Virus record (IMG/VR): IMGVR_UViG_3300047355_000120
Strand: one strand, 5' to 3'
Source of the DNA: an uncultured virus (IMG/VR IMGVR_UViG_3300047355_000120)
Taxonomy: Duplodnaviria > Heunggongvirae > Uroviricota > Caudoviricetes
Length of the DNA stretch: 64,000 nt
Below the pieces are notes generated by a model that did not search any database, was not told the DNA's origin, and saw only the letters and a list, made by a program, of their open reading frames with translations. Both the position numbers and the translations under genes were made by a program. This document shows, one piece after another, positions 1-7,462 of the stretch (its first letter is position 1; every line of letters starts with the position of its first letter).

Positions 1-10
1 GCAGGATTAG

Positions 11-145
11 ATGAACACTAAAAAACTAAGACATAAGCACGTTAAACTACTTAAAATTACTAGGCAAGACGCTGAACGTATAGAACTTGAGTGGTTTAGG
101 CGTTACAATTTACAAACTAAATACGAACATAATTGGATAATATAA
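11..145 (+). CDS. small early hypothetical protein (44 aa, MNTKKLRHKH...), not in ORF track
   Basis: Hand-translated ATG at 11 to TAA at 143-145. Confidence 0.45.
   Translation: MNTKKLRHKHVKLLKITRQDAERIELEWFRRYNLQTKYEHNWII
110..143 (+). promoter_or_regulatory. early promoter-like motif, copy 1 (TTACAAACTAAATACGA-N8-GGATAATAT)
   Basis: Both blocks and the 8-nt spacer recur at 966 and 2218; ATG follows at 148. Confidence 0.7.
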
Positions 146-147
146 AT

Positions 148-336
148 ATGAGATGTAAATGTAACAACAAAATACCGGCAGGCAGAATAGCATTAGGTTA
201 TTCAAATTGTGTAAACTGCAGCGCAACACAGCAATATAGTTATATTCCTATTATTGCTAACAAACAAGTTCTTGAATTACAAATAGTAAGCCAAGAACTA
301 AGCGATCAAGTACACAAAGCTTGGCGTAGAAAGTAA
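148..336 (+). CDS. DksA/TraR-like C4 zinc-finger protein
   Basis: CKC...IPAGRIALGYSNCVNC resembles the TraR/DksA finger; ATG at 148 preferred over the track start at 133. Confidence 0.55.
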   Translation: MRCKCNNKIPAGRIALGYSNCVNCSATQQYSYIPIIANKQVLELQIVSQELSDQVHKAWRRK

Positions 337-341
337 CAGAG

Positions 342-577
342 GCTAGACGAGTAGCTTAATTAGGTGTCATACTCACAAACATGTGATCGTCGACGCACAT
401 AAGTGAATAGCTAGCAGAGAGGCGGCGGCATACAGGTCACGTTAGGTAGATCGGTACAATTACACATTAATTTATAATTAATAGTAATGGTAATTTAATT
501 ACTGTACCAGTACGAAACAGAAAGTGTGGATAAATGACAATACTAGTTAACTACCTGTCCACAACTGGTGCCTCTCA
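342..577 (+). ncRNA. candidate structured ncRNA(s) of unknown class
   Basis: Non-coding; helices GCTAG/CTAGC (342/411), ATGTG/CACAT, GAGAGGC/GCCTCTC (417/570), GGTACA/TGTACC, ACCAGT/ACTGGT, GTGGATA/TGTCCAC. Confidence 0.5.
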
Positions 578-580
578 TAA

Positions 581-664
581 GGGAGTGATAAGGTAAGTGA
601 GATTTTAGAACCGAAAAATTAGCGGTAGCAATCTCAAACGGCGGTTCGACTCCGCCCACTTCCA
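581..664 (+). ncRNA. minimal tmRNA-like RNA (tRNA-like domain only, Ala identity)
   Basis: Acceptor GGGAGTG/CACTTCC with G3:U70 and discriminator A; T-arm GGCGG-TTCGACT-CCGCC; stemless D-loop; helix GAGATT/AATCTC; no anticodon arm or tag frame. Confidence 0.7.
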
Positions 665-669
665 CTAAA

Positions 670-742
670 TGCGGCGTAGAGCAGTGGCCAGCTCGTCGGG
701 CTCATAACCCGAAGGTCGGGGGTTCGAATCCTTCCGCCGCAA
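670..742 (+). tRNA. tRNA-fMet (CAT), initiator type
   Basis: Cloverleaf TGCGGCG/CGCCGCA; anticodon arm TCGGG-CTCATAA-CCCGA with three G-C pairs; A11-U24; CCA not encoded. Confidence 0.95.
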
Positions 743-763
743 CTAACATTAAATAAATAAATT

Positions 764-976
764 ATGCCAAACATGAGTTACTGCAGGTTCGAGAACACTG
801 CAAGAGCGTTAAGAGACTGTGTAAACGCTATACAAGATAATGAAGTCAATGATCTAAGTACATATGAAGTTAATGGCTTAGCAGAACTACAACTACTTGC
901 TATGGATATTGTAGCAATGCAAGATGAGATCGGCGAAATAATCGATAGTAACAAAGAGAGATTTGTTACAAACTAA
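764..976 (+). CDS. conserved phage hypothetical protein (NMSYCRFENT family)
   Basis: ORF track; recognisable N-terminal motif. Confidence 0.7.
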   Translation: MPNMSYCRFENTARALRDCVNAIQDNEVNDLSTYEVNGLAELQLLAMDIVAMQDEIGEIIDSNKERFVTN

Positions 977-999
977 ATACGAATCAACACGGATAATAT
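966..999 (+). promoter_or_regulatory. early promoter-like motif, copy 2
   Basis: TTACAAACTAAATACGA-atcaacac-GGATAATAT, ATG at 1004. Confidence 0.7.
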
Positions 1000-1003
1000 A
1001 AAT

Positions 1004-1237
1004 ATGAGATTAAAAACAATTTATGACAAACTAAAACCAGGTTTTAAGTTGTCACTACAAGAAAATGCTAGAAAATATTCTAGCGCTAAAAGACTTAAGT
1101 ATGCGCTTATGTCTGAAACATCATGGTATGACTTAACTATAAGTCAAATATCTGATATATCAGTATACTGTGACATAAAAACTTACAATTTATCTGCTCA
1201 AGATATAATGTATGGTAACTCTATAATTAACAAATAA
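1004..1237 (+). CDS. hypothetical protein
   Basis: ORF track; directly behind promoter-like motif. Confidence 0.7.
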   Translation: MRLKTIYDKLKPGFKLSLQENARKYSSAKRLKYALMSETSWYDLTISQISDISVYCDIKTYNLSAQDIMYGNSIINK

Positions 1238-1238
1238 T

Positions 1239-1487
1239 ATGGAAATAGATATAAAAAACAGAGCACACGACAAAGCTTTTGCTACTATATACAGTCTTGA
1301 TACTGACATTAGCAGGTTAAAGCAAGAAATAAAAGATGATATGACACCTTTTATAACTATAGAACAATTACAAGGCGTATTAGATCACACTAAAAGACAG
1401 CGTCAAGTGTGGGATTATATAGCATCATTAATAGAAAAAGATCACGAAAGAATAGATTATCTTGATATACAACAACAATTGTCTTAA
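1239..1487 (+). CDS. hypothetical coiled-coil protein
   Basis: ORF track; tight gene packing. Confidence 0.65.
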   Translation: MEIDIKNRAHDKAFATIYSLDTDISRLKQEIKDDMTPFITIEQLQGVLDHTKRQRQVWDYIASLIEKDHERIDYLDIQQQLS

Positions 1488-1492
1488 AATAA

Positions 1493-1565
1493 TGACTCGT
1501 GGTGTAACTGGCAACACGTCTGGTTTTGGTCCAGAAGAGTCTAGGTTCGAGCCCTAGCGAGTCAA
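1493..1565 (+). tRNA. tRNA-Gln (TTG)
   Basis: TGACTCG/CGAGTCA acceptor; TCTGG-TTTTGGT-CCAGA anticodon arm; CTAGG-TTCGAGC-CCTAG T-arm; CCA not encoded. Confidence 0.95.
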
Positions 1566-1584
1566 CTAACTTAAATTTTATAAT

Positions 1585-1737
1585 ATGAATGAAAAATTAA
1601 CACCACACTTCTTTGTAAGTGTACTTAAATCCGCTATAAGAATATTCGGGTTTACTATGCTAATGTCATCTATACCATTTGGCATTACAATATTAATAAT
1701 CGCTGAAGTAATCAGCATATTTGAAGAATTGGTATGA
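1585..1737 (+). CDS. small membrane protein (50 aa, MNEKLTPHFFVSVLKSAIRIFG...EELV), not in ORF track
   Basis: Hand translation; hydrophobic; ATGA overlap with next gene. Confidence 0.7.
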   Translation: MNEKLTPHFFVSVLKSAIRIFGFTMLMSSIPFGITILIIAEVISIFEELV

Positions 1738-2228
1738 GTACTAGAAGCGTAACAATGGTGGTCGATAGATCACACGCAGAAGAACATGAAGCTGGCTTTG
1801 CACTTAAACCTCAATTGGTTAGTGATAAAGCTAATGTTCATATGTATCTACACCATGACGGTTATCCTGAGTGGAGAGGTATAGAGCTTGCTAACTGGAT
1901 TAATCACATGCAAGAATACAAAGGTTTTAACAACTTTGGTGATGGATCAAGAATAGCATCACATTTAGTACATGACTTTCATTACAATAGTCAATATCTA
2001 TATCCTAATGTTGACTCTGTAGATCATGAATATACATGGATTATATGGGTAGGTAAACCTGATGTGTGGTTAAGTGCTTATAATCAGTACAATAACGTAT
2101 GTGAATTTGTTGGCACACCTGACAAACTTATAAACAGGTATAAACAAAGAAACATGGGTTACACAGACTGGACTGAAAAGTTTTTAGTAGAAACTGACGC
2201 GGTAAATAGAACTAAAATTACAAACTAA
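1734..2228 (+). CDS. conserved phage hypothetical protein (MSTRS...HHDGYP family)
   Basis: ORF track; motif YLHHDGYPE. Confidence 0.75.
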   Translation: MSTRSVTMVVDRSHAEEHEAGFALKPQLVSDKANVHMYLHHDGYPEWRGIELANWINHMQEYKGFNNFGDGSRIASHLVHDFHYNSQYLYPNVDSVDHEYTWIIWVGKPDVWLSAYNQYNNVCEFVGTPDKLINRYKQRNMGYTDWTEKFLVETDAVNRTKITN

Positions 2229-2251
2229 ATACGATAAAATATGGATAATAT
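2218..2251 (+). promoter_or_regulatory. early promoter-like motif, copy 3
   Basis: TTACAAACTAAATACGA-taaaatat-GGATAATAT. Confidence 0.7.
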
Positions 2252-2426
2252 GTTTAAAGATGATCTAACGATCAATGCACAGAACATCTACGGAGGTATA
2301 AAATCTCACGAAGATGGAGAGTTACATACTCTTAAAGAAATGTTAGAAAGAATTGAAGCTTTAGAAGCTAGACAATCTGACATAAAATACTTTTTAAATA
2401 ACCCTTCTAAACTAGGATTATACTAA
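2241..2426 (+). CDS. hypothetical protein (start may be ATG at 2250)
   Basis: ORF track; TAATG coupling to next gene. Confidence 0.55.
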   Translation: MDNMFKDDLTINAQNIYGGIKSHEDGELHTLKEMLERIEALEARQSDIKYFLNNPSKLGLY

Positions 2427-2698
2427 TGACAGAAAAACAGTATCAAAAACTATTAGATAGAATTAAGTTCGATCTATATCAAGAGTTTATTAACCCTGAA
2501 ACAGCATCTTATGGTATTAAATACGTAGAAGACGAACCTATATATGAAGGTAAATTGTCTGAGCGTGAAATACTACAAGACGAACTTGGCAGATTATGTA
2601 CACTTCAAAACAAATTTATTGATGATGAAGAGTATGAAAAAGCTGAGATAATGAAAAATAAAATAACTAAAATTCAAAATAAAATAGATAAATTATGA
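2426..2698 (+). CDS. UvrB/UvrC (UVR) motif protein
   Basis: C-terminal FIDDEEYEKAEIMKNKI matches the UVR coiled-coil motif. Confidence 0.6.
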   Translation: MTEKQYQKLLDRIKFDLYQEFINPETASYGIKYVEDEPIYEGKLSEREILQDELGRLCTLQNKFIDDEEYEKAEIMKNKITKIQNKIDKL

Positions 2699-3537
2699 TT
2701 AAACCAATGCTCGCATACAAAGTAGACAAAAAACCTGTCGACTGGTCCGAGAAAGTATACATTCAACCTAAGCTTGACGGCGTACGTTGTGTTATAACTC
2801 TCGATGAAAAAGAAAACATTAGATGTTTTTCTAGAACAGGTAAAGAATTTCACAACTTACAACACATTAAAGACTCATTAAAACCTTGGTTTGAGTTTCA
2901 TGATGATGTAATACTAGACGGTGAATTGTATAACCATGATCTAAGAGATAATTTCGAAAAGATTATATCATTAGTCAGAAAACAAAAACCAACTGAATCT
3001 GATAAGCTAGAAGCCGCAGAATTAGTACAATTTCATTGTTATGACTACATAGATCAAATGCATGATTACAGTACCAGAATGAATCAACTTGTTACAACTG
3101 ATATGTATTCTGATTGTGTTAAATATGTAGAAACTACTTTAGTTAATTCTAAAGAAGCTGCACAGTTAAGACATCAATACAATCTAAATAATGGCTATGA
3201 AGGCTCTATACTACGTCTAGATGCTCCTTATCAATGCAAAAGATCTTACAACTTACAAAAGTTTAAAGACTTTAGTGATACTGAAGCTACAATTATTGGC
3301 TACGAAGAAGGTAAAGGCAAACGCGAAGGTACTCTTGGCAAATTCTTAATGCAAGATGATGATGGCAACAAATTCGGTTGTCCTCCAGGTAAAGGCTACA
3401 ACTACAAAGCTCTAGCTAATATGCTTAAAAACATTCACGACTACATAGGTAAAACAGCTACGTTTACATATTTCGAACGTACTCAATACGGTAGTTACAG
3501 ACATCCATTGTTTAAAACTATTCGTAACTATGAGTAA
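2695..3537 (+). CDS. ATP-dependent DNA ligase (minimal)
   Basis: Motifs KLDGVR, DGELY, GYEGSILR, LQKFKDF, RHPLF. Confidence 0.93.
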   Translation: MIKPMLAYKVDKKPVDWSEKVYIQPKLDGVRCVITLDEKENIRCFSRTGKEFHNLQHIKDSLKPWFEFHDDVILDGELYNHDLRDNFEKIISLVRKQKPTESDKLEAAELVQFHCYDYIDQMHDYSTRMNQLVTTDMYSDCVKYVETTLVNSKEAAQLRHQYNLNNGYEGSILRLDAPYQCKRSYNLQKFKDFSDTEATIIGYEEGKGKREGTLGKFLMQDDDGNKFGCPPGKGYNYKALANMLKNIHDYIGKTATFTYFERTQYGSYRHPLFKTIRNYE

Positions 3538-3631
3538 GCTAGTGTGGCAATTATACAACGATAATATGATTAGTATGGAAGTTGCCAACATGCTACTAGA
3601 TCAACATTATAACAGAGTAAATAAGACATGA
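3530..3631 (+). CDS. small hypothetical protein (33 aa), not in ORF track
   Basis: Fills the gap; overlaps ligase stop and ends in ATGA overlap with next gene. Confidence 0.55.
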   Translation: MSKLVWQLYNDNMISMEVANMLLDQHYNRVNKT

Positions 3632-4197
3632 ATATATTTTATTTACACCCTGATCCAAATAAAGCTGCCGCTTATCATTATGACAAACATAAAGTTAAGA
3701 TGATACTCGAAGCAGCTCAAATGCTCTGTACAGCTCATCATCATTATGCTGAGTTGTATGAGTATGACGGTAGTTATATTCCTTACAAAAAAGCACATTA
3801 TAATCACCCTTCAACGCAATGGGCAAGAGAAAATATGCAAACGTATTTTTGGCTCTATGATTATATGATGGCGCTTGGTGAGGAATATACTAAACGTTAC
3901 AAGAAAAAGCACTTAAGTATAACTAAATGTGCTAAAGTATTGTTAAATCCTCCTGAAGGTATGCAAAATGGTCATTTTACAACGCCTCCACAATGTATGC
4001 CTGATGAGTATAAAGTAACTTGGAACAGTTTAAAAGCTTATTGGAATTATTATATTAACGATAAAAAATCTATAATTAATAAAGATGAAAAACCTTATAC
4101 TGAGTACCCTTTTAATGTCGACGATCTCGACGTCAGACTTGACCGTAACGGCAACTATATATCACGCTACCATCAAGCAAACAGACAGTACGCCTGA
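3628..4197 (+). CDS. pyrimidine-dimer DNA glycosylase / endonuclease V-like protein
   Basis: MNIFYL..DP...A....DKH.VKMILE.AQML, HYNHPS..WAR, PPQCMPD.YK family signature. Confidence 0.7.
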   Translation: MNIFYLHPDPNKAAAYHYDKHKVKMILEAAQMLCTAHHHYAELYEYDGSYIPYKKAHYNHPSTQWARENMQTYFWLYDYMMALGEEYTKRYKKKHLSITKCAKVLLNPPEGMQNGHFTTPPQCMPDEYKVTWNSLKAYWNYYINDKKSIINKDEKPYTEYPFNVDDLDVRLDRNGNYISRYHQANRQYA

Positions 4198-4462
4198 TAG
4201 AACAGCTACAAATTTTAAAATAAATATGAACAACCCTGAGATACACAGAATAATTGCTGTGTCTAGGGATCTTGAAGCTAAAGGCTTTAAAATGAATAGT
4301 ATTGTTGTTATTAGCAATGCAGGCGATATGAACGGCCTTTGGGTCATAAGAGATAGAATGAATAAAAGATGGACAAATAGAATAGATTTCCTGGTCGACG
4401 AGACAATGAAGGGAGGTAAATGGACTAACGTAAAAATTAAATTATATGAGCACAATAACTAA
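4085..4462 (+). CDS. 3D-domain / double-psi beta-barrel peptidoglycan lytic protein with N-terminal hydrophobic leader
   Basis: VTATIY..QTDSTP..TA, IIAVSRDL, DRMNKRW.NRID. Confidence 0.7.
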   Translation: MKNLILSTLLMSTISTSDLTVTATIYHATIKQTDSTPDRTATNFKINMNNPEIHRIIAVSRDLEAKGFKMNSIVVISNAGDMNGLWVIRDRMNKRWTNRIDFLVDETMKGGKWTNVKIKLYEHNN

Positions 4463-4571
4463 TGTAAAACATTTAATGAAAACTAATGTTTTCAATATTG
4501 CAGATAAAGTTAAATCATTTCAAAAACCTAAACGTGACAATAGGTCTAAGAATAAGAGAGTAAGAGGCTAA
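4446..4571 (+). CDS. small basic hypothetical protein (41 aa), not in ORF track
   Basis: Hand translation; TAATG coupling to 4571. Confidence 0.45.
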   Translation: MSTITNVKHLMKTNVFNIADKVKSFQKPKRDNRSKNKRVRG

Positions 4572-5212
4572 TGTCACATTATGTATCAATACCGCGTCAC
4601 TTATATTATTTAAACAAGAGGCGGATTGTATACAGACGTAATCCAATAACAGATAAGCCTACATTAGAGTTTGAGTACGGTAAATTTTATGAAGAAGGTA
4701 CTTATGAATGTTATGATCTGTTTCGTAGTAAAGCTAAAATTACTACATACAAATCATTAAAATGGCATCTGTTAGTCTTGTGGTATTTAAACCCACAACT
4801 AGACATGAATGAGTTTACAAAGCTATCTGAAACTATAGCTAATTATAAGTATGGATTTATTGCGTTTGATATACCTCCAGAATTACTTAAAAGAATAATA
4901 TATGATGTAAGCATGTGTGATCTTGAAGAACCACCTAAAAATAAACTAAGAAAAGTTATATTTAATGACTATTGCTCTTTAACTCTGTCAGAAAAATTAA
5001 CTATTGTAGGTCAATTAATAGGTAGATCAAAAAGAATACATGAAGATGATATTTACCAATGCATGTTAGATATAAATGACATGGGTAAAAAAATAACTAT
5101 AAATAGACTTGCAGGCCTGTTGAATTGTTCTGCTAGAACTATACATAGAAATATGGGCTATGAACTTAAAAAAGAAAAAGAACTTTTAAATCAATCAAAT
5201 GAAAAAATATAA
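4571..5212 (+). CDS. hypothetical protein with C-terminal HTH
   Basis: ITINRLAGLLNCSARTIHRNM helix-turn-helix. Confidence 0.65.
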   Translation: MSHYVSIPRHLYYLNKRRIVYRRNPITDKPTLEFEYGKFYEEGTYECYDLFRSKAKITTYKSLKWHLLVLWYLNPQLDMNEFTKLSETIANYKYGFIAFDIPPELLKRIIYDVSMCDLEEPPKNKLRKVIFNDYCSLTLSEKLTIVGQLIGRSKRIHEDDIYQCMLDINDMGKKITINRLAGLLNCSARTIHRNMGYELKKEKELLNQSNEKI

Positions 5213-5966
5213 TATACCTAATTATATTCGTTATAAAAACGATTTAATAATTAAACTAAAACTAATAGAAGATATTGATGTTAAATATTTAAGTCAGGAA
5301 CAATTGCAATGGAAATTTATGCTATTAGTAGAAAACATAGCTCGTAAATTCTCTACAACACAACAAGCATCAGGTGTTATGAGTATTAATGATCTTATAC
5401 AAGAAGGTAATTTAAGCTTAACTAAAGCTATTAGAAAAATAGACTGGGTTAGACTAAGTGAATCAGATGATCAAGAAAAAACATTAAAGTCTTTTTTATC
5501 TAAACGTATTAAAGGTGGTATAAGACGTGCTGTTGATATAAACAGAGGCGATATAAGAATACCTGAGCATAAACTTAATGAAATACGTAAAAACAATGGT
5601 AAAGATCAAAAGATGGTTGCTATGTTTTTTAATAGTATGTTTTTATCTATTGATGATAAACCTAAAAACACTGATGATGAAGAGTCTATGATATATCAAA
5701 TAGCAGATAAATCAGAGCCTTATAATATAGGTTTATTAAATGTTTATTTAACTAGTTTATTAAAAACTCATTTAAACGAAAAAGAATATGAGGTGTTAAG
5801 ATTAAGCTATGGTTTAGACTGCGAAAAGCATTCAGCTAATAAAATAGCAGAGATCTTAAACATTGAAGGAAGCAGTGCTTATGTACGTGTTTCAGAGCTT
5901 AAAAAGCAAGCTGTAGATAAATTAATTGATAGTGTAGATCACTCGCAAGTGATTGATTATCTGTAG
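5199..5966 (+). CDS. phage sigma70-family RNA polymerase sigma factor
   Basis: Region 2 DLIQEGNLSLTKAI, IRIPEH; region 4 LNEKEYEVLRLSYGL...IAEILNI...RVSELKKQAVDKL. Confidence 0.85.
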   Translation: MKKYNIPNYIRYKNDLIIKLKLIEDIDVKYLSQEQLQWKFMLLVENIARKFSTTQQASGVMSINDLIQEGNLSLTKAIRKIDWVRLSESDDQEKTLKSFLSKRIKGGIRRAVDINRGDIRIPEHKLNEIRKNNGKDQKMVAMFFNSMFLSIDDKPKNTDDEESMIYQIADKSEPYNIGLLNVYLTSLLKTHLNEKEYEVLRLSYGLDCEKHSANKIAEILNIEGSSAYVRVSELKKQAVDKLIDSVDHSQVIDYL

Positions 5967-5975
5967 TTTACTCTT

Positions 5976-6006
5976 GTAAAACTTAATTTTAATATGTAAT
6001 TATATA
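5976..6006 (+). promoter_or_regulatory. putative middle/late promoter (GTAAA...TGTAATTATATA)
   Basis: Intergenic; similar to motifs at 29781, 36735, 46211 and 52211 on - strand. Confidence 0.45.
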
Positions 6007-6009
6007 ACT

Positions 6010-6516
6010 ATGACCTTAAACCAAAAGCTGGCCACAATCCAGACCAAATTTAAATCGAAGAAAAGTAGATTTAACTCATTCGGCAAATATTACTTCCGCT
6101 CAGCCGAAGACATTCTTGAAGCAACAAAACCCTATTTATTAGAATTAGGAGTAACAGTAACAATTAATGAAAACTTAGTTGAGACTAGTCCTGTACCTAT
6201 TATTGAAAGTTGTGCTACTATATCTGATGGAGAAAATACAATACCTGCTACAGCGTTAGTTGGTGTTGATCTTAATCAAAAAGGTATGCAGACACCACAA
6301 CAGTTCGGTACTGCTTCAAGTTATGGGAAGAAATACGCATTAGGTAACTTATTCCTAATTGATGATACCAAAGATGCTGATGCAACCAATGGTTTACCAA
6401 TGAACAAAGCAGCTATACAAAAAGCTAAAGACTTTGTACAAGCCGGTGGAAAGCTCGATGCTATCAAAAAGAAATATAATGTAACTCCTGAAATTGAAAA
6501 ACAAATAACATTATAG
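6010..6516 (+). CDS. ERF-family single-strand annealing protein
   Basis: N.FGKY.FRSAEDIL, Q..GTASSYGKKYALGNLFLIDDTKDAD. Confidence 0.85.
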   Translation: MTLNQKLATIQTKFKSKKSRFNSFGKYYFRSAEDILEATKPYLLELGVTVTINENLVETSPVPIIESCATISDGENTIPATALVGVDLNQKGMQTPQQFGTASSYGKKYALGNLFLIDDTKDADATNGLPMNKAAIQKAKDFVQAGGKLDAIKKKYNVTPEIEKQITL

Positions 6517-6517
6517 T

Positions 6518-7246
6518 ATGACTAAACAAGAGGTGTTAGATAAGCTTAAAATTGATGAGCATTACTACGGTGACTTTGGTAAACAATACCTTAGTAACTC
6601 AGACATATCAGCTTTGTTAAACAACCCTTTAGCACTTGGACAACAGTCACCGCCATCGGCTGCATTTTTAGTCGGTGGTTATTTTCACACAGCTATACTA
6701 GAGCCTAATAAGCTTAATAAGTATAAAGTTGTGAAATCGTCTACTAGAAATACTAAAGCTTATAAAGACATAGCTGGAGGAGAGTTATGTCTACTACAAC
6801 ATGAGGTTGACTCTATAGAATTAATGAGAGAAAAAATCATGAGTAATGACGTATGTAAAAGTTTAATAACAGGTAATGTTGAATATGAACAACCTGGTAT
6901 TGTAGAACTTGAAGGACAGATGTGGAAAGGTAAAGCTGATATAGTTAATCACGATGAAAAGTTAATCATTGATTTAAAAACTACAGCAGATCTTACTAAA
7001 TTTAAGTACTCAGCTTCTAAATACAATTACGATAGTCAAGCTTTTATTTATAGTAGTCTATTTGGTTATGAATTTATGTTTATTGTTATAGACAAAAAGA
7101 CACATCAAATAGGTATTTATGACTGTTCGCCTCAGTTTTATGAAACTGGGCAGGACAAGGTTAAAAGAGCCGTTGAGGCTTACGATCTGTTTTATAAGAC
7201 AGACAGTTTCGATCCGAAACAATATTTTATTAGTAAAACCCTTTAA
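6518..7246 (+). CDS. PD-(D/E)XK exonuclease (RecE/DUF3799-like)
   Basis: LSNSDI, G..FHTAILEP, KGKADIV, IIDLKTT, Y..QAFIY. Confidence 0.85.
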   Translation: MTKQEVLDKLKIDEHYYGDFGKQYLSNSDISALLNNPLALGQQSPPSAAFLVGGYFHTAILEPNKLNKYKVVKSSTRNTKAYKDIAGGELCLLQHEVDSIELMREKIMSNDVCKSLITGNVEYEQPGIVELEGQMWKGKADIVNHDEKLIIDLKTTADLTKFKYSASKYNYDSQAFIYSSLFGYEFMFIVIDKKTHQIGIYDCSPQFYETGQDKVKRAVEAYDLFYKTDSFDPKQYFISKTL

Positions 7247-7258
7247 TTTTATTTTATT

Positions 7259-7462
7259 ATGGCAAGAACAAGAAAAGTAACAACAAAACAATGTGCAATG
7301 ACTGGAATGAATTTTCCTGTAACTGAATTTTATAAGAACAATACAACTGCAGATGGCTTGCACCCATATGCTAAGAAAGCAGATAATTTCAGAAGAAGAA
7401 CTGGTGTAAATGCAGCAGATCTTAGAACTATGTTCACAAACCTATTTAATACAACAGCATAA
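7259..7462 (+). CDS. small hypothetical protein (degenerate zinc-finger-like)
   Basis: KQC...FPVTEFYK....DGLHPY; most Cys of the usual finger are absent. Confidence 0.6.
   Translation: MARTRKVTTKQCAMTGMNFPVTEFYKNNTTADGLHPYAKKADNFRRRTGVNAADLRTMFTNLFNTTA

Noticed and set aside
337..577. RNase P RNA or hammerhead ribozyme (GGCTAGACGAG, GATAAATGA, CGAAAC fragments)
   Set aside because: The RNase P P4 signature (GAGGAAAGTCC) and the hammerhead CTGANGA core are absent
581..664. Reading this element as an ordinary or suppressor tRNA (TTTAGAA loop-like sequence at about 604-610)
   Set aside because: No anticodon stem closes that heptamer and there is no D-stem; the pairing fits a tmRNA TLD instead
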